Below are positions 28,803 through 38,094 of a stretch of DNA of 64,000 nt, one piece after another (positions within the stretch are counted from its first letter, which is position 1; each line of letters begins with the position of its first letter). The stretch comes from Mycobacterium sp. Lineage in GTDB: Bacteria > Actinomycetota > Actinomycetes > Mycobacteriales > Mycobacteriaceae. The stretch lies in the NCBI RefSeq assembly GCF_052145595.1, contig NZ_JBKQOI010000133.1:39765-103764 (forward strand). Reading direction: 5' to 3'. Under the pieces are notes generated by a model. It was given only the letters and a program-made list of their open reading frames with translations. It was not told the DNA's origin and made no database searches. The translations under genes were made by a program, and so were the position numbers.

Positions 28803-30572
28803 GTGGGCCTTGCTCTGAACTACGACCTGGCGAAAGGGCGGCATGATCTCATCGCCGGCCTCACCGTCGCCGCCATCTCCTTCCCACAGGCGATGGCTTA
28901 CGCCCTGATCGCCGGCGTGGATCCCAGGTTCGGTTTCTATTCCGCAATCGTGGTGACCGCGGTCGCCTCGATATTCGGTTCGTCGTCGCATCTGATCAAC
29001 GGGCCGACGAGCGCCATATCGTTGCTTGTGTTCACCAGCCTGGCGTTCATCGATTCGGAGAACACTGGTGAACTCTTCGAGGCGCTGTTCCTGCTCGGTG
29101 TGCTGGTGGGTGCGATCCAGATCCTGATCAGCTTGCTCAAGCTCGGCAACCTGACCCGCTACATCTCCGAATCGGTCATCGCCGGATTCATGGCGGCCGC
29201 AGCGTTTCTGCTCGCCGTGGGACAGTTGGGCAACGCGCTGGGCGTGCGCGACAAGGGCAACGGTCACATGCAGGTCTTGCATCGCGTATGGCTGACCTTG
29301 TCCCACGGCGATCCGATCAACTTCCGCGCCCTGGCGCTCAGTGCGGCGACGGTGCTGTTGGCGGTCGCTTTGCGTAAACTCGTGCAGCGCTACCGATGGC
29401 CGCAGATCGACATGCTTGCCGTGCTGATCATCACCGCCCTGATCGCCTATTCCGCTGGATGGTCGATCCCCGGCGCCGGCGGTCACACCGCGGTGTCGGT
29501 GGCGGCGAACATCCCGCGGAGCCTGCCCGGTCCGCATATCCCCGACGCTCACATCGGTTGGCTGCCCCACCTATCGGAGGGCGCGCTGGCCATCGCCTTC
29601 GTCGGCATTATCGAAGCTTTGTCGATCGCCAAAGCGATTGCCTACCAGACCCAACAGAAGATCGACTACAACCGGCAAATCATGGCCGAGGGCCTGGCCA
29701 ACCTCACCGGCGGCTTCTTCCAGAGCTTGCCCGGCTCGGGCTCACTGTCCAGATCGGCGATCAATTTTCAGTCCGGTGCCGCAACACGATTCTCGGGGAT
29801 CGTCTCGGCCGCAACGGTTGCCGGGGCGCTGCTCCTGTTCGCGCCCTTACTGCGCTATGTTCCGCAGCCGGCACTGGCCGGACTGCTGCTCGTCACTGCC
29901 GCACGCCTCGTCGATTTCAAGCGTTTGATCTACACCCTCAAAGCGTCGCGGTATGACGCAGGTTTGGTGATCGTCACCGCATTCACCGGGGTGGCAATCG
30001 ATCTCGACAAATCGGTTCTGCTCGGCGTGATCCTGTCGATCCTGCTGTTCGTGCCACGCGCGGCGAAGCTGAAAGCCAAAGAACTTGTCGTCGCGCCCGA
30101 ACGAGTGGTCCGCGAACGTGTTCCCGGCGACGTACCGGACCCGTCGATCGTCATCTACGACCTGGAGGGTGAGCTGTTTTTCGGCGCCGCACCAGAATTG
30201 GACCGCTACCTCTTGGAACTCAGACAGCGGATCGAGGCCGACGAGATCAAGTTCGTGGTCTTGCGGCTCAAACGCGTGCGCCACCCGGACGTCGTCTGCA
30301 TCGAGCGCATCGAGCACTTCCTCCGCGAAGAAACCGCACGCGGGGTGACCGTGCTGCTGGCCGGGGTGCGCCCCGACACGCTTGCCGTCGCGCAGAACGT
30401 CGGGTTCCAAAACTGGTTCCCCGCCGACCATATCTTTCCGGAAGAAGACGAGGAATACTCGGCGACGCTCAAAGCGGTGCGCTACGCGCGAAACGAGCTG
30501 GCTGCCCGTGAATTCGATGTTTCGCTGACCAAATCAGCCGACGATCACCCGGGCTTCTACTACCTCGTTTGA
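28803..30572 (+). CDS. SulP-family anion transporter with C-terminal STAS domain
   Basis: DLIAGLTVAAISFPQAMAYALIAGV is the SulP signature. It has multiple TM segments and a C-terminal STAS-like region (IVIYDLEGELFFGAAPEL ... VVLRLKRV). The GTG start lies 27 nt after the Sbp stop. Confidence 0.9.
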   Translation: MGLALNYDLAKGRHDLIAGLTVAAISFPQAMAYALIAGVDPRFGFYSAIVVTAVASIFGSSSHLINGPTSAISLLVFTSLAFIDSENTGELFEALFLLGVLVGAIQILISLLKLGNLTRYISESVIAGFMAAAAFLLAVGQLGNALGVRDKGNGHMQVLHRVWLTLSHGDPINFRALALSAATVLLAVALRKLVQRYRWPQIDMLAVLIITALIAYSAGWSIPGAGGHTAVSVAANIPRSLPGPHIPDAHIGWLPHLSEGALAIAFVGIIEALSIAKAIAYQTQQKIDYNRQIMAEGLANLTGGFFQSLPGSGSLSRSAINFQSGAATRFSGIVSAATVAGALLLFAPLLRYVPQPALAGLLLVTAARLVDFKRLIYTLKASRYDAGLVIVTAFTGVAIDLDKSVLLGVILSILLFVPRAAKLKAKELVVAPERVVRERVPGDVPDPSIVIYDLEGELFFGAAPELDRYLLELRQRIEADEIKFVVLRLKRVRHPDVVCIERIEHFLREETARGVTVLLAGVRPDTLAVAQNVGFQNWFPADHIFPEEDEEYSATLKAVRYARNELAAREFDVSLTKSADDHPGFYYLV

Positions 30573-30581
30573 CGTTTGCGC

Positions 30582-31436
30582 CTAGCTCGGGGGGCTTCCG
30601 GCTTTAATCGCCGCGATGACGCCCCCGTCGACAAGCAGGTCGGTGCCGGTGATGAAAGACGCTTCGGGGCCGAGCAGGAACGCGGTGGCCGAGGCGATGT
30701 CTTGAGGAGTTCCGAGGCGGCCCGTCGCGGACATGGCGACCATCGCTCGCATGCCATCGCCGACAGGCGAGGCGAGTTCCTGCTGACCCATCGGAGTGGA
30801 GATGATGCCCGGGCTGATCGAATTGATCCGCGCACCCCGCCGGCCCCAGTGCGCGCTGGCAGCACGGACTCGAATGTGGTTGGCCTGCTTTGCAATTGGA
30901 TAGGCAAAGTTCGGGTCCGTGATACCGCTGATGAAGTCCAGCTGCAACAATTCGCCGGGCGGGTTGTGAGCCAGCGCTTTTTCTTGTTCGCTGCTCAGCG
31001 GGGGGAACATGTGCCCGGCCATGCTGGCGATCACGACCCCCGCGCCGCCCGGCGCGATGACCTCGCCGAATTCCTCCAGCACGAGCGCGGTACCCAGAAG
31101 ATCGACGGCCAGGATCGCTTCGGCGGAGGCCTGCGCCGGGGACAGGCCCGCGGTGTGCGCCACCTGGGTGACGGGGCCGAGTGAGGCCGCGTGTTCGGCC
31201 AGCGTGCGCACCGATTCCGGCGACGAGACGTCTACCCTGCGGCCATCTACCCGATGGCCATCTGCCGTCAGCGCTTCGGCCACCGATGCCAGCGTGGCCT
31301 CGTTGTTGTCGGCCAACAGCACCGTCTTGCCGGCACCAAGGCGGTGAGCAATCGCCTGGCCCATACCGCCCACACCGAGGACGATCAACACTTCGCGAGC
31401 CACTGGGCGCTCCACTTCCGAGACGGTTCTGGTCAA
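30582..31436 (-). CDS. SDR-family oxidoreductase
   Basis: LIVLGVGGMGQAIAHRL Rossmann motif, NSISPGIISTP, and a typical C-terminal ITGTDLLVDGG. Confidence 0.8.
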   Translation of the reverse strand: MTRTVSEVERPVAREVLIVLGVGGMGQAIAHRLGAGKTVLLADNNEATLASVAEALTADGHRVDGRRVDVSSPESVRTLAEHAASLGPVTQVAHTAGLSPAQASAEAILAVDLLGTALVLEEFGEVIAPGGAGVVIASMAGHMFPPLSSEQEKALAHNPPGELLQLDFISGITDPNFAYPIAKQANHIRVRAASAHWGRRGARINSISPGIISTPMGQQELASPVGDGMRAMVAMSATGRLGTPQDIASATAFLLGPEASFITGTDLLVDGGVIAAIKAGSPPS

Positions 31437-31466
31437 CTCGCGATGTTATACAAGCCATCCCGACGG

Positions 31467-32777
31467 CTACGTCGGGACGGCGGTACCGTCTTCCTCATGA
31501 TGCGGGCGACCGCTGTGACGGATCGCCCGCCCGACAAACGGTGCCTTGACCGTGGCGGCCAGGTAGCGGCGGTTGATGATCAGCCAGACGATGGCCACCG
31601 TGGCGTAGACACCGCAGAGCAGCAGCCGCCCGTGTGTCGAGTTGAGCGGAAACTGCACGAGGAATAACGCCAGCAGCGCCCAGGCCGCGGCCCGGCGGAA
31701 ACGCAGCCCCAGAATCAGCGCAACCCCCATCAGGGTTTGGGTAGCCGTGAGCAGCACTTCCTCGATCTGGCGTGAGTCGAGCGCCAGGGACGGCGCGCCA
31801 CCGCCGAGCACGTGGGCCACCGGCAACGATCCGATCAGCAGCGTCCACTGGTTGACCTTGGAGGAGATCAGTGTGGCCATCGCCGCCGCGCCCTTGCCGC
31901 GGCTGGCGAAGATGGTCGCGATGATGAACTCGGGGGCTTCGGAGGCCAGTGGGGCCAGCCACTGGACCAGCAAGAACCGATCGATGCCCAGCTCGGTACC
32001 CGCGGTGACCAGATTGTCGGCGAACGGTTTGGCGCACAACAGGATCACCGAGCCGGACGTCGCGAAGAGACCGACGACGGCGATGCGCCGACTGCGATCG
32101 GGCAGCTCGCCGAGGGCGGCGGCGGTGCCGATGAGGTCTGGCTCCTCCACGTCGCCGTGGCTGACCTTATAGAGGTAGAAACCGAACCACGCCAGCAGCG
32201 TCAACCCGAGCGCCAGGTGGATTTGACCGGTCGCCGGTATGACGAATGCGACCAGGCCGGCAATCAGCAGAAACCCAAGTTCGACGCGATTGGCGGGCTG
32301 CAACACCAAGGCGGAGGGTTTGTTGGCGCCTGCCTTTCGCGCCACGATAATGCTGACCAACACCACGACAGGCCAGCCCAAGCCCATCAGCAGCCGATTC
32401 GATCCGGTCATGTTGGCGGCGGCGTATTGGGTGTAATCCGGATTGCGGCCAGACACGTACGCGAAGTAGAGGTCAACGGCGTATTCGGGCAGGACCGCGA
32501 CCAACGCGAGCACCGCGATCGCCAGCCCGCCGGAGACATCGATCTGCGCGGCTTCGGCGGCCCACGCCAACAGGAAGCTGGCCGCGACCACCGCGGCCCC
32601 AAAGATCAGCAGGGCCGCCACCGGGTCCGGGTGCAGGCCGACACTGCGGACCACCACCGCCGGGGCGATGAATATCCCGGTGATCAGCGCCGAGCGGGTC
32701 AAGGTGCGTCGTCGGGCGCGTGATGCCGTCGAGACTGCGGCAGCGGGTCTGTCTATGCCGAGCATCTCGTCCTTCAA
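31467..32777 (-). CDS. CaCA-type cation/proton (Na+/Ca2+ exchanger-like) membrane protein
   Basis: About 10-12 hydrophobic segments and two alpha-repeat-like motifs (VAVLPEYAVD and LASEAPEFIIATIFA). The start is TTG 32777 or ATG 32765. Confidence 0.7.
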   Translation of the reverse strand: MKDEMLGIDRPAAAVSTASRARRRTLTRSALITGIFIAPAVVVRSVGLHPDPVAALLIFGAAVVAASFLLAWAAEAAQIDVSGGLAIAVLALVAVLPEYAVDLYFAYVSGRNPDYTQYAAANMTGSNRLLMGLGWPVVVLVSIIVARKAGANKPSALVLQPANRVELGFLLIAGLVAFVIPATGQIHLALGLTLLAWFGFYLYKVSHGDVEEPDLIGTAAALGELPDRSRRIAVVGLFATSGSVILLCAKPFADNLVTAGTELGIDRFLLVQWLAPLASEAPEFIIATIFASRGKGAAAMATLISSKVNQWTLLIGSLPVAHVLGGGAPSLALDSRQIEEVLLTATQTLMGVALILGLRFRRAAAWALLALFLVQFPLNSTHGRLLLCGVYATVAIVWLIINRRYLAATVKAPFVGRAIRHSGRPHHEEDGTAVPT

Positions 32778-33174
32778 CTCATCGAGGGGTGCCGATCATT
32801 GGCGCCGGTTCGGCTCGTGGGCCGGGGTGAACTGGTTAACCAAGGCTACCCTTCCGTCTCACCTTCCAGCAACGTGGTGGATCGGCAATGTAAAGGAATC
32901 CTCGAGCTTGTTTTTGCTGGCACGAAGAGCGATCTCATAAGTTTGGGTTGGCTGATCTGAAACTTTGGCAAACCTTTCATTGCGTTGTGGTGGCGTTTTG
33001 GGCTGGCGTAACGGCGGCTTGGGCAGCGGGCAAGGCGGGCCGCGCGCTTGGTTGACGCACCGGGGGCGCGGATCCAGAGATAACTCGATTGGTTTCGGCG
33101 GAGTGTCATCCACTACGACGCGCTACTGGAGTCCAAGGTTCCGCTCGGCACTGATGTCCGCGCCGCGCGCCCGG

Positions 33175-33999
33175 CTAGCCGTCGGGACCCATCGCCACGG
33201 CGGCGGCTTGGGTGAACAGTTCGACGATCTGATTGCGGGTCAGCGAAGCCATCATCTGCGCGGCGGCGCGCAGGTCTTCGCCCACCATCCAGGTCGGGCC
33301 ATTAGTCAGGTTGTCGAACGCCTCCGCGATGACATCCTCCACGGCGGCGGCGCCCGGCGGCACGTCGTCGATCGAACCTATCTGGCCGCGGCTGTGTTCG
33401 AGTTGTCGCAACGCCGGCGTGTTGGTCTTGCCCAAGATGAGGCCCAGGACGTCGACACCTTTGTCATGCAGCTCGGCCCATAACGCTTCGGCGAAGACCA
33501 TGTCGAACGCCTTGGAGGCACCATAGGCCACCATGTTGGGTCCGCCTCCCAATCCGGCGCCGGACCCGAAGATCACGATTCCGCCGCTGCCGCGCTCGAC
33601 CATGGCGGGAGCGAAATGGTGGCACAGCTGCATCGGCACCATGCAGTTGCGGGCCACCATCGCTTCGGCCGCCTCGATCGGACTGGCAAGGAACGGCTTG
33701 AAGTTCGGGTCGGCACCCGCGCAGTACACGACGAAACCGATCTCGAGATCGCTGGTGGCCGCCGCGATCGCCGACGCCGCGCCCGGATCCGTGAGATCGA
33801 CGGCGAGCGTGCGGGTTTGGGCGGACGTCCCGGATTCGATTTCGGCCGCAACCTGATCCAGCACCGCCTGCCGGCGGGCCAGCAGCACGACGTTGACACC
33901 GCGCTCAGCGAGTTCCGTGGCGAACGCGGCGCCCAGACCGTCGGAAGCGCCGGCCACCAGCGCCCAGGGTCCGTACTTGGTTGCGAATGTCACAGACAT
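33175..33999 (-). CDS. SDR-family oxidoreductase
   Basis: WALVAGASDGLGAAFATELAERG and catalytic YGASKAF. Confidence 0.85.
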   Translation of the reverse strand: MSVTFATKYGPWALVAGASDGLGAAFATELAERGVNVVLLARRQAVLDQVAAEIESGTSAQTRTLAVDLTDPGAASAIAAATSDLEIGFVVYCAGADPNFKPFLASPIEAAEAMVARNCMVPMQLCHHFAPAMVERGSGGIVIFGSGAGLGGGPNMVAYGASKAFDMVFAEALWAELHDKGVDVLGLILGKTNTPALRQLEHSRGQIGSIDDVPPGAAAVEDVIAEAFDNLTNGPTWMVGEDLRAAAQMMASLTRNQIVELFTQAAAVAMGPDG

Positions 34000-34012
34000 G
34001 CCCCTGCTCCGC

Positions 34013-34426
34013 TCACGGCTCGCCGACCGTAATCAGGCGCACCTGGGTGTACCGGCGGCGCGCGATGCGCCACCCGTCGTCGGTACGGACGATCTCGTCG
34101 TCGTAGAAACCGATGGCGTTGACGCCGGATTTGTTGTCGTCCATCATGATCAGTCCGTCGATGTAGGTTCGGGCCGTGGCATTGTCGCCGTCGACGGTGA
34201 TGGCCTGATTGCTCAGCCGGTGCATGGTGTGCCCCGCCATCGCGTGAACCTGCTCCATGAAGTCCGTCACGGCGTCGGCCCCCTGCCATGCGCCGATCTC
34301 GCCATAGTCGAGTTCGCAGTCGTCGGTGAACACCGTTCGGAATAAGGGCCAGTCGCGTCGGTCGATGCCGGTGGCGTAGCGGACCAACAGATCGGAGATG
34401 TCCTGGCGGTCATCTCGCTCACTCAT
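34013..34426 (-). CDS. SnoaL-like / NTF2-fold protein
   Basis: MSERDDRQDISDLLVRYATGIDRRDWPLFRTVFTDDCELDY is typical of SnoaL_4-type proteins. ATGA overlap with the upstream ADH gene. Confidence 0.8.
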   Translation of the reverse strand: MSERDDRQDISDLLVRYATGIDRRDWPLFRTVFTDDCELDYGEIGAWQGADAVTDFMEQVHAMAGHTMHRLSNQAITVDGDNATARTYIDGLIMMDDNKSGVNAIGFYDDEIVRTDDGWRIARRRYTQVRLITVGEP

Positions 34427-35475
34427 GCGACTTCTCCGTTCGGATGAACCACGATGCGCGGTGGGCCGTCGGACCTGCGGGCAAGGTCGAGGGCGTCGGG
34501 GACTTCGTCGAGGCTGATGATCTTGCCGACGCTGGGTAGCGGGTCGAGCCGTCCCGACGCGATGGCATCGAGCGTTCCATACCAGTCCTGTGGGTGCGGT
34601 CCCCCGCCGAATTGGATTGTGACGCCTTGGCGGGTGGCGGTGGTGATGTTCAGCGTGTCCCCGGTGTACCAGCCGCCCGCGCAGTAGATCCGGGTGGCCA
34701 TCTCGGCCGATTCGACTACGTTCTGGATCAGCCCGGCGGCACCGACGCACTCGAATACCACGGCCGGGCCGGGCAATCCACGTTCGGCGCGCACTTCCCT
34801 GAACGTGTCGAACGGCGCCTTCTCGGCGGGATCGACCACGACATGCGCGCCGAAGCGATCACGGGCCAGCTCGCGGCGGTCGGACTTGTAGTCGGCCACG
34901 ATTATCGGTTCGATACCGCGGCCGGCCAACGCGGCGACGGCCGAGAGACCGATTGCCCCCGCGCCGATGACGATGGCAATCTCGCCCGGTTGCATCCGCG
35001 CCGACCGCACGTAGAACTCGCCGACGGCGAACGCATCGGTCAGCGCGACGGCGTCACTGGAGACGCCACCCGAGACCGGTTTGGCCGCGACCTCCGAAAC
35101 CACCAGCAGCTCACCGAAACTCCCCTGGGCTTCCGGGTGCTGACCGATGATCCGCATGCCGCCGGCACCGCCGTCGACGAGGCGCAGCGGCATCGCCGTC
35201 ACCCGCGAGCCGACCGCGAACTGATCGCTGCAGCCGGGTCCGTGCCCGACCACCTCGCCGACGAACTCATGGCCCAGCACGATGTCGCGGTCCGCGTCAT
35301 ACAGCGAGCGACCGGTCGGATCGTCGACGGCCAGTTCCGGGTGGTCCATGAAGTGCACGTCCGACGCACATATCGCGGTGCTCAGGGTGCGCAGCAGCAG
35401 TTCACCCGGTCCGGGCGCGGGATCCGGAGTCTCGCGGACCTGTAGCCGGCCGTCCCTCAACACAACAGCGCGCAA
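34423..35475 (-). CDS. Zinc-type medium-chain alcohol dehydrogenase/reductase (MDR)
   Basis: ICASDVHF ... GHEFVGEVV ... VIGAGAIGLSAV. TTG 35475 is preferred (giving M-RAVVLRDG) because the ORF extension to 35535 runs through an AT-rich repeat-bearing promoter region. Confidence 0.85.
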   Translation of the reverse strand: MRAVVLRDGRLQVRETPDPAPGPGELLLRTLSTAICASDVHFMDHPELAVDDPTGRSLYDADRDIVLGHEFVGEVVGHGPGCSDQFAVGSRVTAMPLRLVDGGAGGMRIIGQHPEAQGSFGELLVVSEVAAKPVSGGVSSDAVALTDAFAVGEFYVRSARMQPGEIAIVIGAGAIGLSAVAALAGRGIEPIIVADYKSDRRELARDRFGAHVVVDPAEKAPFDTFREVRAERGLPGPAVVFECVGAAGLIQNVVESAEMATRIYCAGGWYTGDTLNITTATRQGVTIQFGGGPHPQDWYGTLDAIASGRLDPLPSVGKIISLDEVPDALDLARRSDGPPRIVVHPNGEVA

Positions 35476-35495
35476 TGCGTCAGCCCCATTTATTT

Positions 35496-35530
35496 TCTCG
35501 AATAATCGATATAAAATCTCGAATGATCGG
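35496..35530. promoter_or_regulatory. Direct repeat TCTCGAAT(A/G)ATCG x2 spaced 21 nt (candidate IclR operator)
   Basis: TCTCGAATAATCGA at 35496-35509 and TCTCGAATGATCGG at 35517-35530, lying in the AT-rich divergent region between the ADH operon and iclR. Confidence 0.45.
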
Positions 35531-35600
35531 CTCAACTGTATGAACCCCGCCGCAAAGGAGTCAAGCTATTCGCGGATCGACGTCAGCACCGACTTCCCGG

Positions 35601-36461
35601 GTGCTCGACGTTGTCGAGCTTCTGGCACGGTCCACGCATGCGCGGCTGCGATTCTCCGACATCGTGCGCGAGCTGGACCTCACTCAAGCGACGGCGCACG
35701 CGATCCTGAAGACACTGTGTGACCGCGGATGGGCCAGCCGCGATCCCGTCGAGAAGACTTTCTCCCTCGGCCCCGCGCTGTCCCTGGTGGCCGCGCGGAA
35801 CGACACCGCCCGCCCAGTCGCGCATGCCGCTCGTTCCGCGGCGCTGCGACTCTCCCGCGAGTTCGGCTATGCCGGCTCCGTGGTCGAGCGATTCGGTGAT
35901 TCGTTGGTGGTCACCGCCTTCGAGGGCGACCCGGTCACCCAGCCGGCGGGAATACCGGGTGATCGCATCCCCTACGCTCCGCCGTTCGGTGTCGCACTTG
36001 CCGCCTGGGACACCGAGGAGGAGCAACGGGCGTGGATCCGCCGCGGTGCGGGCAACAACGCCAATCGCATTCAACGTCTCGAACGTGTTTTGGAGCGCAC
36101 GCGCGAGCGTGGTTTCGACGTCGACTGGACGACGCCCGCGCTCGCACAGGCCGTCCAGGCGGTCGGCACGCTGGATAGCGACGAGATGCCGACTCCCGTG
36201 CGGCACATCCTGGACCAGTTACTCGTCGAGTTCACCACCATCGGCTTTCTCTCCGACGACAACCCCGGTCGCCGCAAACAGCCCGTGGTCACCATCGCCG
36301 CACCGGTTTTCGACCATCGGCACCAAGTCGCCCTGATGGTGGCCGTGCATCCGCTGTGCCCGCTCAGCTCGCGGAGAATTCGGGTCATTGGAAAAAGGCT
36401 CACCGACGAAACGGCGGCGATATCAAACGCGCAGCAGCAAGCGGTGGGTCGCGCCGTCTAG
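35601..36461 (+). CDS. IclR-family transcriptional regulator
   Basis: VLDVVELLARSTHARLRFSDIVRELDLTQATAHAILKTLCDRGW wHTH plus an IclR effector domain. GTG 35601 lacks a clear SD, so the true start may differ. Confidence 0.85.
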   Translation: MLDVVELLARSTHARLRFSDIVRELDLTQATAHAILKTLCDRGWASRDPVEKTFSLGPALSLVAARNDTARPVAHAARSAALRLSREFGYAGSVVERFGDSLVVTAFEGDPVTQPAGIPGDRIPYAPPFGVALAAWDTEEEQRAWIRRGAGNNANRIQRLERVLERTRERGFDVDWTTPALAQAVQAVGTLDSDEMPTPVRHILDQLLVEFTTIGFLSDDNPGRRKQPVVTIAAPVFDHRHQVALMVAVHPLCPLSSRRIRVIGKRLTDETAAISNAQQQAVGRAV

Positions 36462-36586
36462 CCGCGCACCGGCGGTGGATCACGACCTGCGGTAGGAACT
36501 TCGATCGAGCACTGGTAAGAGGTTGCTCCTGGACGGCAGGTCGCTGTGGCGCTTGGGTGGGAGGTGTCGACGGAAGGACAAAAGTC

Positions 36587-37993
36587 ATGGCGGCTAACTA
36601 CGTTGTGGACGATCTTGCCGGCTTCGTCGTCGGCGCTGTGCCGGCGGACCTGAGCGGGCGCCCCCGGGCGTTGCTGAAACGCAACGTGCTGGACAGCGTT
36701 GCCTGCGCCGTAGGCTCCCTGGACGGTGAGCTCATTGCGACGATTCGCGAACACACCGACCAGTTCAGCGGGGTCCGCACGGCAACCCTCGTCGGAGGCG
36801 GGCGCGCATCGGTGGATCAGGCCGCGTTTTTCAACGCGGTCCTGGTGCGCTATCCCGATCTTCTCGACACCTATCTGACGGTGGGAGGACTGTGCCATCC
36901 CGCAGACAACTTCGGTGCGATCCTGGCCGTAGCCGAGCACGTCAACGCCGGCGGAGCGGATTTCCTGTTGGCCCTTGCGGTCGCCTACGAGATCCAATGC
37001 CGGTTCAGCGCGCAGGTTCCCGTCATGGCGCGCGGGCTCAATCATGCTCTGCAACTGGCGATGTCGGTCGCAGCGGGGTCGGCGAAGCTACTTGGGCTGG
37101 ATGCCGAGCGCATCGCTAACGCCATCGCGGCGGCCGCGGCTGACAATGTGTCCCTCGCGGCCGTGCACGCTGAACCGGTTTCGAATTGGAAGGGCATTTC
37201 GCCGGCCATCACCGGCATGCGTGCGGTGTACGCGACGATGTTGGCCGGCCGCGGCGTCACCGGGCCCAAGTCATTGTTCGAGGGTCCGCACGGCTTGGTG
37301 CAGCTCTTCGATCAGCCAATTGATTTCCACACCGCCGACCGAGGACTCGCCTGCGTCGAGCAGACCTACCTGAAGCAGTACTGCTCACTTATCCACGGGC
37401 AGGTCATCATTGACGCGGTCCTGGCGATTCGTGGCGACAACAACCTAAGGGGCGACGACGTCGCGCACGTGAACCTCGAGGTCTTTCAGGGGGCGTATGA
37501 CTTCGCCGGCGGGGGAGCTTACGGCGACAAGGAACATCCGCTGACCAAGGAGCAGGCCGACTACAACCTCAAATACCTGACTGCGGTTGCATTACTTGAC
37601 GGTGGGGTGGGTCCCGAACAGCTTGAGACCGAACGGGTTCTACGCAGCGATGTCCAGGACTTGTTGGCGCGGGTCGACGTCAAGCCCGCGGCCGACCTGA
37701 CCGCGGACTATCCCCGACGCACGGCGGCCCGCGTGCACCTGGTTACCCGCGACGGGCGGGAATTCTGCCGCGAGCAGTCCGATTACGAGGGATCACCCAC
37801 CCGGCCGATGTCCTGGGAACGCGTCGTCAACAAGTTCCATTGGCTCGCTGAACCCTTCTGCGACGGAGCGCTGCGCGATGACATCGTCGCCGCGGTCGAC
37901 CACCTGGACGAGATCCACGTCACCGAGCTCGCGGGCCTGCTTGGCGCGGTGAGTTCCACCGCCCAACGTCCGCGCAGCAAGGCGCGCTTTTGA
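36587..37993 (+). CDS. MmgE/PrpD-family protein (2-methylcitrate dehydratase / cis-aconitate decarboxylase superfamily)
   Basis: ATG 36587 follows GGAAGGA. LLKRNVLDSVACAVGSLDG and an overall length of 468 aa are typical of the family. Confidence 0.8.
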   Translation: MAANYVVDDLAGFVVGAVPADLSGRPRALLKRNVLDSVACAVGSLDGELIATIREHTDQFSGVRTATLVGGGRASVDQAAFFNAVLVRYPDLLDTYLTVGGLCHPADNFGAILAVAEHVNAGGADFLLALAVAYEIQCRFSAQVPVMARGLNHALQLAMSVAAGSAKLLGLDAERIANAIAAAAADNVSLAAVHAEPVSNWKGISPAITGMRAVYATMLAGRGVTGPKSLFEGPHGLVQLFDQPIDFHTADRGLACVEQTYLKQYCSLIHGQVIIDAVLAIRGDNNLRGDDVAHVNLEVFQGAYDFAGGGAYGDKEHPLTKEQADYNLKYLTAVALLDGGVGPEQLETERVLRSDVQDLLARVDVKPAADLTADYPRRTAARVHLVTRDGREFCREQSDYEGSPTRPMSWERVVNKFHWLAEPFCDGALRDDIVAAVDHLDEIHVTELAGLLGAVSSTAQRPRSKARF

Positions 37994-38094
37994 CATCAGA
38001 CCGCTTTCGATCGCGGTGTGCGCGTCCTCTTGCGTAATTCGCAGCCCGCACTGAATGATCGGCACGTCCCAGTGTCAAAGGAGCGCAGGCGGCC

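Noticed and set aside
28092-29570. 492-aa minus-strand ORF
   Set aside because: It is antisense to both the Sbp and SulP genes, spanning their junction. The composition is Arg/Asp/Gly-rich and artefact-like.
32859-33113. 84-aa Pro-rich minus-strand ORF in the long gap
   Set aside because: It has no coding bias, no start context and a proline/arginine-rich translation. I kept the region as non-coding and of unknown function.
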